NCBI RefSeq assembly: GCF_001194135.2
Contig: NC_068983.1
Location: forward strand, 158,071,102-158,135,101
Direction: 5' to 3'
DNA from: Octopus bimaculoides
Taxonomy: Eukaryota
Length of the DNA stretch: 64,000 bases
Shown here: in pieces, positions 1 to 13,099 of the stretch
Layout of the letters: every line of letters begins with the position of its first letter
Position numbering within the stretch: position 1 is the first letter of the stretch
Program-made: the position numbers and the translations under genes
Notes under the pieces: model-generated
The model's database searches: none
Seen by the model: only the letters and a program-made list of their open reading frames with translations
What the model was told of the DNA's origin: nothing

Positions 1-193
1 ACTATAAGTTTCGTCTTTCACTGTAACACCCTCTATGGTATTGATAGGCAAATGTGTAGCTTGGTATTTCTCATCTCTTTACCTTAAGTAAGCCCAAGAA
101 AAAGCATATAAACTAAGTCAAATTATGTATTATGATAAACAAAGTTGAATTCTTCATTTAAGTATAAGATTAACTCTTAACTTCCTGTAAGGA

Positions 194-256
194 AGGCTAC
201 ATCGGTCAGTTACGAGGCTACATCGGTCAGCTACGAGGCTACATCGGTCAGTTACG
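194..256. repeat. Tandem repeat, 21-bp unit x3
   Basis: AGGCTACATCGGTCAG(T/C)TACG repeated three times. Confidence 0.95.
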
Positions 257-837
257 ATATCGTACTAAATTTGTTTACACTCATTTTAAAGAAGTGAGAT
301 ACTCGAATATGAGGAAGCAATCTCAAATCCTTTAATTTTTTTCCCTTCTAGAAGAATTATTGCAGGACTGGGTTTTTGACTCATAGAATTTTGAACAGGA
401 TGTTAAAAGTTAAGTTGAATATCATAGTAAGATATTTAAGCTCTGAGCAAATTATAAGAATGAAACGACAAGGCTAGAGAAATTATTTAAAAAAGAAATG
501 CAATAAGGATCTTTCAGGAACTTTGATGTGAGCGGATAAATATTGTAAAACTAACTTAAAAAATATTTTTTCCCATGCATATCTATATTGATTTTTAGAG
601 TGAAATTTGTTTTGTGAAAAAATCATAACTCTTTATGAATATACTACGTACATTAGGAAAAAATTTCAATCCCAACCTTTAATAAAGCGAGTTGAAATTT
701 GAGTTAAGATGTGTTCTTGTGAAGGTGCATCTTATCCTAAATATATGTAGAAGACAATACGAAAGTTAACATGAAACATTTCAAATAATTCTGAATATCT
801 TTGCTAGTATAATCTTTTATCTCTCATCTTAAACTTG

Positions 838-1210
838 TTTCAGCCATTAAACTGCGGTCATGCTAGAGCGCCTTGGAGAATTTTAGTCGAATGAATCGAC
901 TCCAGTACTTTGTTTCAAGCCTGGTACTTATTCTGTCGATAACTTTTACCGAACTGCTACGTTACGGAGATGCAAACACACCAACACTGGTTGACAAGCG
1001 GTGGTGGGGGAACAAACATAGACACAAAAACACACATACACACATATATATATTCTACGGGTTTCTTTCAGTTTCCGTCTACCAAATCCACTCACAAAGC
1101 TTTGGTTAGCTCGAGGCTAGAGTGGAAGACACTTATGCAAGATGCCATGCAGTGGGACTGAACCCGGAACCATGTGGTTGGAAAGCAAGCTTCTTGCTAT
1201 ACTTTCGCCT
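838..1210 (-). mobile_element. tRNA-derived SINE, family B (octopus OK-like)
   Basis: The reverse complement carries a tRNA-like head (GGTTCAGTCCC B-box) and an internal CA/TA microsatellite. The same body occurs at 13440, 33820, 37450, 39497 and 40600. The family name is a tentative match to published octopus SINEs. Confidence 0.8.
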
Positions 1211-1789
1211 ATAATACGTATCTTGTCATAAAATGAATTATATTAATTTACATATGCATCAACTGCTTAAAGTCATAAAAAACATTTTCTTAAGATTTGT
1301 CTTTTGTTTTGATCGTATGGAAATTTCCCTTTTTCTCGACTTCAAAAACTTGAACAATCTACTTGTTGCAGCATATGATAATGCTGTTTGACAACTACTG
1401 CTACTGTTGTTCCTGTACTGCATTGTTTTGTGGTTTTTGTTGTTGCTAATTTTGTATATGAAGTGTGCTAAGGTTGTTGAAAGTGTCGTTAAGTTCGTTT
1501 TTGTTTTGTTTTGACCGACTTAACATTATTATCTTTTATATATAATTACAGGTAGTATAAATATGATCGTCATCAACACTTTCACCATCATCGGCATTCT
1601 TTCTTTCTTTCTTTCTTTTTTTCTTTCTTTCTTTCTTTCTTTCTTTCTTAATTTCTTCAATGTTTAGTCACATTTTTTTACGTTCTGTCAAAAAGTTCAG
1701 TAAAATAGTATTAGTCGTGGACAGAGATCGATTTCTTTTTCCAAAATATGATGACTTATGTCTGTGTCAGAAATTATTATTATTATCAT

Positions 1790-2067
1790 TATTCGTCTGC
1801 TGCTACGTGCTGAGTTCAAATTCCGCCGAGGTCGACTTTGCTTTCATCATTTCGGGATCGATTAAATAAGTACAAGTTACGCACTGGGGTTGATGTAACT
1901 GACTTAATCCCTTCCTCTAAATTTGAGGCCTTGCGCTTCCAGTAGAAAGAACTATTATTATTATTATTATTATTTTATGTTTGACTTTTGTTTTGCATTT
2001 GTACAAGTTGGATCCAAGTCTCACCCAGAAACCTCAAGAGACAACAAGTTAGAAGTTCATGTAGGTG

Positions 2068-2105
<38 letters not shown>

Positions 2106-4710
2106 GTACGGCGAGCTGGCAGAAGATTCTGGTTTCGATTCCTGGACCGGGCGATGCATTGCGTTCTTGAGAAAATCCAACTCATTTCACGTAGCTACAT
2201 TACTCTCAGCTGGCAAAAATGAATAATCCTGCATTGGACCAGCGTCCCGTCCTGTGGGAGGGGCATATGTCCGCCACAGAATCCAAGAAACCGGCCTTAT
2301 GAGCCTATGAATCGGGAAAGACATTTGATCCCTTTTTAAGGTGGCGAGCTGGCCAAATCGTTAGCACGCCGGACAAAATGCTTAGCGCAGTTTCGTCCGT
2401 CATTACGTTGTGTGTTCAAATTCCACCGAGGTAAGCTTTGCCTTTCATCCTTTCAGGGTCGATAAAATAAGTACTAGTTGAGCACTGGGGTCGATGTCAT
2501 CGATTAGCCTTTTCCTTCCAAAATTTCAGGCCTTGTGCCTATAGCAGAAAGGATCGTTATTATTATTTGGGGTACTAATCCCGCCCATGTCTGCTTTCTC
2601 TTTAGACTTCTGAGGTCAATAAATTAAAACCAGTTAAATACTATCTCGATTTTTGATCATGAATTTGTGGACTTAGTTTCTAACATAGGCACAAGACCAC
2701 AGTTTTGAAGTACGAGTGAACTTTATTTTATCGACTCCGATTGGATGGAAGGCAAACTGACTCAAATTTAAACTCAGAACGAAAAGATCCGTAACTAAGT
2801 ATCCCAATGATTTTTTCGTGTGTTTTGTTTTGTTGATACTCTAACGATTCTGGCAAATTAATATTTTTATTGGTTTCAAGTTCTGGCACTAGGCCAGGGG
2901 TGGCTAGTCAATTACATCGGGCCCAGTACTCAATTGATACGTATTTTATCGACCCCAAAAGGATGAAAGGCAACTTCGACCTCGGTGGAATTTGAACTCA
3001 GAATGCAATGACAGGCAAAATGCTGCTAAGCATTTTACCCGGCGTGCAAATGACTCTGCCAACATCAGTATTATTATCAGCAGTTGCGGAGAAGGGGATA
3101 AGTCGATGACATGACCCCAGTACTCAATTGATACTTATTTTATTCTTTTATACTCTAGGCACAAGGCCCGAATTTTTTGGGGAAGAGGCCAGTCGATTAG
3201 AACGATCCCAGTACGCAACTGGTACTTAATTTATCGGCCCTGAAATGATGGAAGGCAAAGTCGACCTCGGCGGAATTTGAACTCAGAATGTAAGGCCGGA
3301 CGAAATGCCGCTAACCATTTTGCACGACGTGCTAACAGTTCTGCCAGCTCGCCACCTTAATCAGTATTATTATTATTATTAATAATAATTAAGGCGTGCA
3401 AACTAGCAGAACCGTTACCGTGCCGGAAAAAATACTTAGCGGTTTTTCTTCCGGCTTTAGGAACTAAGTTCAAATGTCACCGAAGTCAACTTTACCTTTC
3501 ATCCTTTCGGAGTCAATGAAATATGTTCCAGTAAAGTACCAAGGTCGGTGTAATCAATTCGACCCTCCTCACAAAATTTGAGGTCCTGTACTTACAGCTG
3601 AAATAATATTGTTTGTGATTTCGGCACACTGGCAACATTTTGGGAGCAAAAGGTTAGCTGCAGCCAACAATATCAGAACTTGATTGATACATTATTGTAT
3701 TGACTCTAGAGAAGGGCAAAACTGATTCCAACGAGATTTGAACTCAGAATGTAAATAGTCGTAATTACACATAACAAAACACTCTAACGGTTCTGCCAAA
3801 TCAATTATATCCTTACATACAATAAGCATTTTTAATGTCATAAATCTAGGATCAAAGGTTAGTCGGATTATATCGATTGGGAGCAGTAGGGTTAGACTAG
3901 TACTAGACTGGTACTTTATTTGATCGACTACAAAAGAATGAAATCAATGGAATTTGACCTCAGAATATCAAAATCGATAAGTATATTAGTTATGGCCCTA
4001 TATATTTTGTATTCATATCCCTATGAGGTCGACTTGGCCTTTTATCTTTCCGGGATCGATAAAATAATACAGTAGTGTACAATAGATCTAAAGGACTTCG
4101 ACTACGCCCTCTCCACTCAAATTTCTGGCCTTGTGCCTTTGTTTCATATTACTATTATTATTGAGGGCGGTAGATTGACCGAATCACTAAAACATCAGAC
4201 AAAGTGCTTTGGGGTTTTAGTTCCAGGAGTTCAAATCCTACCGAGTTTAACTTTGTCTCTTATTCTTCCGGAGTTAATACGATAAAGTGCTCGGCAATAC
4301 TAGTGTCAATATAAGCGACCGTTGCTTTCTCCACCTATTAATTCCTGACCTTCTTCTTATGTTAGAAAGTACAGGGCGTTGGCAGAATAATCAAAGCATC
4401 GAAAAAAAACGGCTTGCAGTATTTATTCAGATACTTCAGGCTCTGAGTTCAAATCCTTCCGGTATTAAGAACGTAGAGTACAGGTCAAATAATGTAAAGT
4501 CGATATAAACAACCATTTCCCACTGCTTATGCTAGAAACAACTGTGATCCTGCACTTTACATTCTGAGTTCAAATCTCGTCGGAGTCAACTTCGTCTTCC
4601 ATTCCTCCCGAGGCTGATAAAATAAAGTACAGTGAAATACTGAGGTCGATGTATTCGACTAATTTTTCCCTTTCAAAAATGCTGGTCTTGTACCTCAGTT
4701 AGAAACCATT
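1790..4710. mobile_element. Nest of more than 10 family A SINE copies (octopus OR1/OR2-like, CORE-type) in both orientations
   Basis: Repeated TTCTGAGTTCAAATTCCGCCGAGGTCGACTTTGCCTTTCATCC core on + (about 1790, 2338, 3390, 4020, 4163, 4550) and on - (about 2680-3362, 3620-4000), with (TAT)n tails. Confidence 0.85.
2108..2330 (+). mobile_element. Third SINE family, tRNA-like head with a V-domain-like core
   Basis: The head GGCGAGCTGGCAGAAGATTCTGGTTTCGATTCC (B-box) is followed by GGACCAGCGTCCCGTCCTGTGG, which differs from family A. Confidence 0.45.
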
Positions 4711-5058
4711 GGTATGCATACTTTTATTTCTAATTTTTATTTTACGCATCTATGTATTATGAGACGGATTTGAATAAAGAGGCACAAAAAAAAAAAAAGG
4801 AAGGAAAAGAAAAGAGTTACACTGACATAAGGGTATCTGCTAGAAACTTTCCGAAGGTCCCTGAATGTATGTCACGTGCAAACATTTATGTGTCGTCTGT
4901 GAAGTAGATAGCGTATATGCGTGTGTGTTTGTGATTGTGCTTCAGACAGAGCATGTAAGGAATATACATGACTGTTATTGGGGTGGGACAAGATATATAT
5001 CGTGTGGTTATGTGTGCATGTCAATGTGTGGCTGTGAGATGAATGTCTTTACGTTTGT

Positions 5059-5101
<43 letters not shown>

Positions 5102-5414
5102 AAAAGAAGAATGCTTCAATTTCTTCCACGTGTAAGTTACAGAGACAAGAAATAGTCTTCATCATGTACGTTATATACAACTGTCACATCAATAACATTA
5201 ACAGTAGTTAGTATAAGTAAGACAAGTGAATATTTCTTTGAGAAGGAATACCATAGGCTGGGAGTGATGGTGGTGGTGGGGAATGCATTAAAAGCGGCGA
5301 ACAATTCAGATAAATAAAAAATAATTCATACATCGATCTTTCTGTCTGACTAGCTGTTTTGGTATGTATGTATGTAAATGCACATGTACGTATGAACAGA
5401 TATATCTGTGTATG

Positions 5415-5491
<77 letters not shown>

Positions 5492-6072
5492 NNNNNNNNN
5501 NNNNNNNNNNNNNNNNNNNNNNNNNNNNNNNNNNNNNNNNNNNNNNNNNNNNNNNNNNNNNNNNNNNNNNNNNNNNNNNNNNNNNNNNNNNNNNNNNNNN
5601 NNNNNNNNNNNNNNNNNNNNNNNNNNNNNNNNNNNNNNNNNNNNNNNNNNNNNNNNNNNNNNNNNNNNNNNNNNNNNNNNNNNNNNNNNNNNNNNNNNNN
5701 NNNNNNNNNNNNNNNNNNNNNNNNNNNNNNNNNNNNNNNNNNNNNNNNNNNNNNNNNNNNNNNNNNNNNNNNNNNNNNNNNNNNNNNNNNNNNNNNNNNN
5801 NNNNNNNNNNNNNNNNNNNNNNNNNNNNNNNNNNNNNNNNNNNNNNNNNNNNNNNNNNNNNNNNNNNNNNNNNNNNNNNNNNNNNNNNNNNNNNNNNNNN
5901 NNNNNNNNNNNNNNNNNNNNNNNNNNNNNNNNNNNNNNNNNNNNNNNNNNNNNNNNNNNNNNNNNNNNNNNNNNNNNNNNNNNNNNNNNNNNNNNNNNNN
6001 NNNNNNNNNNNNNNNNNNNNNNNNNNNNNNNNNNNNNNNNNNNNNNNNNNNNNNNNNNNNNNNNNNNNNNNN
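5492..6072. other. Assembly gap (representative of about 10 N-runs, also 7040-7399, 11531-11778, 14287-14689, 15233-16101, 31802-32130, 38132-38376, 42123-42201)
   Basis: N-runs almost always flanked by (TA)n or (CA)n, i.e. short-read breaks at microsatellites. Confidence 0.95.
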
Positions 6073-6371
6073 ATATATATATATATATTTCCCGTCTGGC
6101 CGTATAGCCTTTTCTGTTTGTTTTCCTGTCTTGTTTTTTGTCCGCCAGTACATTCCTCCATGGCAAGGTTTAATTTGTGTATACAAATTTAATTTGCGGT
6201 CCATGGGAAGAGCCGTTTTAACGATGCGTCCTACCCAGCTCTTCGAAACGCCGGTGTTAAAACGGGGGTAGCTGATGAAGAAGAATGAACCCAGATATGC
6301 ACCTATACATACAGGTGGATGTCGGTATGCACATACCTGTACGTATATATGCATATACTAATTTACTATTT

Positions 6372-6406
<35 letters not shown>

Positions 6407-6775
6407 CACACACATGAATGCGTATACATGTACACACACACACACGCATCACGCACATGCAAACGTATACACACCATGTATAGCTATGTTTGTATGTATG
6501 TCGGTAAAAATACATGGTTGATGTATTTGCTTTTGTTTACATGCCTTTCAGGTTCGGGCTATGTGTGTGTGTATTTATAAAGTTTTAAACGTCCCCTTGC
6601 ATACGTGGTAAATGTATGGGTACAGCCTTGGTATATACGCATTTGGTGGAATGAGAGTATACATATATCAGATGGATAATATAAGTATATGTATTTATGT
6701 ATGTATCTGTGTGTGTTTACGTACATATGTATATGTACATGATATATATGCATTATATATATATATACACACACA

Positions 6776-6810
<35 letters not shown>

Positions 6811-6811
6811 A

Positions 6812-6979
6812 CGTGGGGTTGCTGAAAGGTTCCTGGCTATAAGAGTATCCCGAAAGGCCTGGTTCGAGGTTCAACCTTCCGAGTTCTTTTACAGGGCTTA
6901 GAAACACCGAAGGAACCCTGGAATTGATCCTCCTGTATTTTCTTTTACCAGAAGCCGAGAACTTTTCAGCATCTCCACG
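6812..6979 (+). mobile_element. Tc1/mariner-derived MITE
   Basis: TIRs of about 27 bp (CGTGGGGTTGCTGAAAGGTTCCTGGCT / AGCCGAGAACTTTTCAGCATCTCCACG) with TA on both sides; homologous to 13176-13392. Confidence 0.8.
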
Positions 6980-7399
6980 TATGTGTATATGTATATGTAT
7001 TTACATGAACGTATATAGTTTATCTAAGAGTATATATATNNNNNNNNNNNNNNNNNNNNNNNNNNNNNNNNNNNNNNNNNNNNNNNNNNNNNNNNNNNNN
7101 NNNNNNNNNNNNNNNNNNNNNNNNNNNNNNNNNNNNNNNNNNNNNNNNNNNNNNNNNNNNNNNNNNNNNNNNNNNNNNNNNNNNNNNNNNNNNNNNNNNN
7201 NNNNNNNNNNNNNNNNNNNNNNNNNNNNNNNNNNNNNNNNNNNNNNNNNNNNNNNNNNNNNNNNNNNNNNNNNNNNNNNNNNNNNNNNNNNNNNNNNNNN
7301 NNNNNNNNNNNNNNNNNNNNNNNNNNNNNNNNNNNNNNNNNNNNNNNNNNNNNNNNNNNNNNNNNNNNNNNNNNNNNNNNNNNNNNNNNNNNNNNNNNN

Positions 7400-7455
<56 letters not shown>

Positions 7456-7525
7456 ATGTATACTGTGTATTAATTCTGATATAAGCAATCACAGAAAAAA
7501 AATCTTTACATATGTGTGTGTGTAT

Positions 7526-7556
<31 letters not shown>

Positions 7557-7745
7557 GAATTATCCATGTAAACAACTATTTACTCACGTTTGTAATATAC
7601 GTGTAGATGTGTATGTATGTGTGTGTATATATATGTGTATATAATCATAACGCAGGTCCCATAAATGAACAAGGGAATTACTAGTGATGCATCGTTTGAT
7701 TAGGGACAAGCTTACGCACAGTCGCAGATTCTTATACATCTTTAT

Positions 7746-7804
<59 letters not shown>

Positions 7805-7878
7805 TATGCACATACACGCACAGATCTCTCTCTCTCTCTCTNNNNNNNNNNACATACATATGCACATACACGCACAGA

Positions 7879-7946
<68 letters not shown>

Positions 7947-8361
7947 CATACATGCATACACATGTCTGTATGTATAGGAAAAGAGACAGAATGAGAGAAT
8001 GAAATAGCTAGATGCATATATTGAGACAGACAGGTAGCTATATACAGAGCAAGAGAGAAGTGTATGTGAGTAGCAATATGTTTTTTTTTTGCATAAAATT
8101 CATAAAACATATATATACTCATAAAATATATATACTTTGTCATTATGTATAGTATGTGTGCGTGCAGGCGCGTGTAATTTGTAGGTCTGTGTTTATGTTG
8201 TGCATCGTATACGTGTACGTGTGTGTGTGTGTGTTTATGTTAGCATATGTGTGCTTGTAAGGGAGAAAGAATTTGCTGAAATAAAGTTATATATGGTAGA
8301 AATGTCTAGGAAAAAGTTAATCGATGAGATGATAATATTTGGTAGTGAAAAGTGTACTTAC

Positions 8362-8480
8362 CACCACATTCCAGTTGTGGCTGACGTCTCTATCACACTG
8401 TATATACAAAAACAAGCGAAAATAATGGAGACCGGCGAAAAAACTGATCTGCCATTCCACATAACAGAACTTTGGGCCAT
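8362..8480 (-). CDS. Wnt6: First coding exon of a Wnt-family ligand, most like Wnt6 (signal peptide plus G-M-W-W)
   Basis: The minus strand reads ATG(8480) MAQSSVMWNGRSVFSPVSIIFACFCIYSVIETSATTGMW-TG|GTAAGT. There is an in-frame stop upstream and no earlier in-frame ATG, a hydrophobic h-region (VSIIFACFCIYSVI), small residues before a likely cleavage site, and a consensus donor at 8361 in phase 2 inside the second Trp. A phase-2 intron within the WW motif is conserved in Wnt genes, and G[LM]WW directly after the signal peptide is the Wnt6 pattern. Exon 2 was not found in the window, so the paralog call is tentative. Confidence 0.6.
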
Positions 8481-9310
8481 TTCTCCGACGATCTTAAGAA
8501 ATCCTGGTATTGTATAGTCGGTGCTTGGTGTTATATCTGCCTTCTATATAATGTTTTAGTAGTTGTATTTAGTAAGTTTTATTCCGAATTTACTATTATA
8601 TAATAATATTAATTAACTTATTTAATCCTTTTTCATCCATCACACATTCAAAAATCCATAAATATATATATTTACATAAGTATAAATAGAACTACATATA
8701 TAAAAAATATATACATATATGTATGTGTGTGTGTGTGTGTGCGCGTGTACGTGCGCGCTCATGTAAGTGTGTGTGCGTGTGAGCGTGCGCGCGCGTGTGT
8801 GTTTGTGAGAAGAGAGAGAGAGAGGGGAAAAGTGTGATATTAGAAGGGAAAGAAATATAGAAGAGACTTGTCTATTTACAGATTGTGCACTTATAAATAA
8901 ATAGATTGATGTATTGACAAACGTGAAGTCAAAGTGATAGATAAATAGACAGACAGATAAGATAGAGAGGGGGAGAGAAGGAGGAGGGAAGAGGATAAGA
9001 TAGATGGATAGAGAGATAGCTGTACACTGTATTCAACACAACGTATTTGTTGCTAATGCTCTCTTGAATTTAATGATGATAAAAGTACAAGTAGGATTAA
9101 TTTATAAGTAGGAAGAACTTAACTATGAAGTATATCTCTCAGCACACGCAAATACGCGAGTAATATTTTAAGTTATTCTTAAGAAGGTTGCATAGGTATT
9201 TTTAATGGAATTTTTGAACCAATGGATAAATGCACGAGTAAAATTTTCTTTTGAAGATACAATTATTTCAACTCTATATATAATCATGTATGTATGTATG
9301 TATGTATGTA

Positions 9311-9376
<66 letters not shown>

Positions 9377-9849
9377 TATGTATGTATTTATGTATGAATG
9401 TATTTATATATGTGCCTATTTATTAATATACTTATATACAATATATACAAACGTGTTTATATTAAATTTAAATATATTTTTGTGTTGATTGGTGTATGGC
9501 TATAAACAGATAAATTCTGTGGAAATATGTTTACTTTTCTTTTCTTTACATTTAAATATATTGTATTTTTTCTCTTAGAATTAAGATAGTTCTACTCCTA
9601 AAACAACTTTTTGCTGTCAAAACATTTTCTCGCGTCCTCTTTAACTTTCATCTCTTACTTTCTCCTTTTTCTCTCTTTCTTTCTCTCATACACACACACA
9701 CAAGCCGAGACACTCACACACACATACATACACACACTTTTTCTCTTTTCCTTTTTTACCTTCTCTTTCTCTTTCTTTCTCCCTAATTTTTTCTCCCTTT
9801 TTTTTTTGTTTTCCTCTCTCTCTCTCTCTATCTCTCTCTCTTTTGCTAC

Positions 9850-11250
9850 TTTTCTTTAGCGTTTGTGTCTCAGCGCGTTGGTTTCACGTTGCTCTTCCTC
9901 TTTTTGGTATAACAATCCCTTTTAATATAGAAAACACTTCCTTGGATGCATCCGCGTCTGTCCGGTCACGCTGTACAGCAGTAACTTGCTTCAATGAACT
10001 TTTTCTTAGTCATTTACTTATTCTTTTATTCCGCTTATCACAGTACTTATTTTTTTTTACAACAAAAATAATCAACAACAGTAATAACAACCACAAAATC
10101 GACAACTACAACGTTCTCTAATGTTATTGTAACATGCTTTGTGTCAAAGGATGTTTTGCTGGCTTTTTAACTTATCGTTGTTAAGCTACTGGCATAGTCG
10201 CACTGCCTGTCCCGTGTTTCTTTGATAATTTCATTTATTCTTTTAAATTATTCATAATTGTTGTTGTTGTTGTTGCTGTTCTTTTAGAGGAGTGTCTTGA
10301 AAGTAAATAGGCGTTTTGGTTTTGTTGTTGCTGTTGTTGTTGTTTGACTCAGTATATGTTTTCTAATTGGTTTGTCGATATTCTAAAAACTTTCTCCTAC
10401 AGTAAGCTCCTTTTCTATCGGTTTCTGGGAGCCAGCTGGGCAGTTATTAGGGCCGAGTTTGGTTGCCGAGTGGAGAGCCGAGGTTTGACGCTCGGTACTG
10501 AGAGAATGATGGAACATCATAGCCTCAGAGAAATTAGAAACGAGGAAGTAAGGGAGGGGAAGAAAGAGGTTAGGCCCAGACGACAATATAACTACTGCTG
10601 CTGCTGTTGCCGTTGATGGCGCTGGTGTTTTCCTTTGGGTTGTTTTTACTGCTGCTACTACTCATGTCGCTCTATTGCTAGTGACGGCAAGTAACAACGA
10701 GTAAGAACAGCATATTAACCACACCACCACCACCGCCACCACCACTACTACTACTACTACTACTGCTACTGCTACTGCTACTACTGCTACTACATAGCAA
10801 TAACAACAACAATAGCTATTGCTAGTGCGCGACCAGAAAGGAACCAGTAAAACAAACGACAGACATAACGAAGGCTCGCTAAAACTCCTGCTGCTGTTAC
10901 TGCTGCTATGTGTGCAGGAGGCGGCGACAGTTTGTCGGCCTAAGGTTGTGTTTCCCCGCCTTTTTTTTCCATTCTGAAACAGAAACTTTGCAAAAAAAAA
11001 AGAAAGAAAAAAGCTTTATAATACACACGGTCAGTGACGTTGTCGGCCGTCTTTTTGCATACATACACAGAAACACACACACACACATACACACACACGC
11101 ACACACACAAGTGAGTGATAAAGTCAGATTATCTGCGAGCTGGGGCATCTATCTAACTGGAAGTCGATCTGGATGAGATTGTGGCCAAGTGGAAAACTGC
11201 AATAAGTCATCGGAAGGGAACGATTTAAGTTATAAAAACCTGCATTTGCT
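9850..11250. promoter_or_regulatory. CpG-enriched, promoter-like block upstream of the Wnt exon, possibly bidirectional
   Basis: Locally high CpG/GC content (about 9890-9975, 10430-10500, 10850-11050), no SINE copies, a TATA-like TATATTAAAA on the minus strand near 9920-9930, a TGACGT motif near 11035, and flanking GA/CT and trinucleotide tracts. The regulatory function is inferred. Confidence 0.45.
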
Positions 11251-11344
11251 GGGAACTACCGTCCATTATCAAGTAAAAAAAAAACAACAACAAAGCTAAT
11301 TGATTCATAACAATTTCAGGTGATATAAATACATACATACACAC

Positions 11345-11379
<35 letters not shown>

Positions 11380-13047
11380 AAAATTAATTAAGGTACTCAG
11401 AAACGTGGATGTTTGTACATTTAAAGATTTTTATTAATGTCACTGTACGTTTTTCAAATTGTTTTCAAAACAATTTGAAAAACCTACACGACTAGGTGAA
11501 GAGCGCTTCATTTAATATGTGACATTAATANNNNNNNNNNNNNNNNNNNNNNNNNNNNNNNNNNNNNNNNNNNNNNNNNNNNNNNNNNNNNNNNNNNNNN
11601 NNNNNNNNNNNNNNNNNNNNNNNNNNNNNNNNNNNNNNNNNNNNNNNNNNNNNNNNNNNNNNNNNNNNNNNNNNNNNNNNNNNNNNNNNNNNNNNNNNNN
11701 NNNNNNNNNNNNNNNNNNNNNNNNNNNNNNNNNNNNNNNNNNNNNNNNNNNNNNNNNNNNNNNNNNNNNNNNNNNNNNATATATATATATATATACATAC
11801 ACACAAACATGTATTCTATACACGCACATATATGTGTGTTTATATGTGTAAGGTGAGTATGGGGGTTCAATGCTAATCTTTCTTTTTCCTATTTTCTTTG
11901 TTATTTAGCAATCACCACCACCACCACCGCCCTACATTACCATCATCATCATCATTCGCATCATCCTTAACGTAACCACCGCCAACATATCCATCATTGT
12001 CGCCGTCGCCAGTTACAAATGTAGAAGTAGTAGTAGTAACATTTTTTTTCTTTGCAAATCCAAGCATGTTTGGGTCAGTGGTGTGTTTGAATATTTATGC
12101 GTGTAATGTGCCCGTGTGTGTGTTTGTGTACGTGTGTGTATGCATGTATTTATCTATGTGTAAATATAATGCGTTCGTTATACGTTATTTTTATATTTAT
12201 TATCATTTTAATCAAGAATTTCATTTGTGTTGTGACTTAATCTATCTGGGAATGTGTATGTTTGTGTACACACATATATACAAGAAGTATAAGAAGTTGC
12301 AGTTACTGTTTGTAGACCGACTAAAGACTAGCACCCCTCTTGCATGCTATCTGTTTTTAATGCGATTGTAGGAAAAAAAACCGAAGTAGTATGCATTCTT
12401 TTGGTGGCAAGCAAGAAGAGTAAATAGAAATATACAGCCTCTGAGTTTTAAATCTCTCTAAAGTGATTTTTAAAATTATTATTTATACCTCCATTTTGCA
12501 CACAGATTTGTTTAATGGATGTTAGAAGTAGGCAGAAAGTTTGCCTTCATACATTACTGTATCTGGTTTGAGGATCGTGTTTATCAAAAACAATCTCGTC
12601 CTATCCCAGACACTGCCTTCTAAACAAGAGATTGTAAAATATACATGGATGTTTGGTGTTGATTTAATGTACAAAACCGTCTCTTGTTGTAAAATAGGCT
12701 TTGTTGTTAGCCAAAATATCTAAATTATTGTTGGATTAATAAAATAATTTCGTCATATAAATGAATTTATGTTTGCTGGTCGATTCCTGTGTGTAATATA
12801 TAATGAAACCTTTCTTACGAGAAATCTAAACGAAATAATCAAAATCTACAAGCACACAAATATACACACAACCCTCCCCATACACATGTTCATGTCCCAC
12901 AAGAGTATCTTACAAAATTACATACATGTCAGTATGTGCATGCAAATATGTTTTTCTCTTTTTTTTTTTTACTTGAAGCCAAATACAATCATGCACGGCT
13001 GGAATTATTTTGTATGTACTGCGTTGTGTTGTGTTGTTGTATAGTAT

Positions 13048-13099
<52 letters not shown>

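Noticed and set aside
194-256. CRISPR-like array (also 29092-29145 and 33145-33249)
   Set aside because: Head-to-tail repeats without unique spacers, in eukaryotic DNA with no cas genes
5208-6354. Long ORFs of 140-478 aa in the ORF track (also 6924-7567, 11508-11870, 14150-16399, 31666-32253, 38000-38479, 42032-42346)
   Set aside because: They run through N-gaps (X residues) and dinucleotide repeats ([16 protein letters not shown]); artefacts
7742-7960. Direct duplication of ACATACATATGCACATACACGCACAGATC(TC)n around a 10-N gap
   Set aside because: Typical contig-overlap artefact at a scaffold join
10217-10226. TCF/LEF-like CTTTGAT site suggesting Wnt autoregulation
   Set aside because: A 7-mer expected many times by chance in AT-rich DNA; no clustering seen
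10383-10586. Minus-strand 67-aa ORF (MSSGPNL...) in the promoter block
   Set aside because: No strong donor, no homology; antisense of the candidate plus-strand exon
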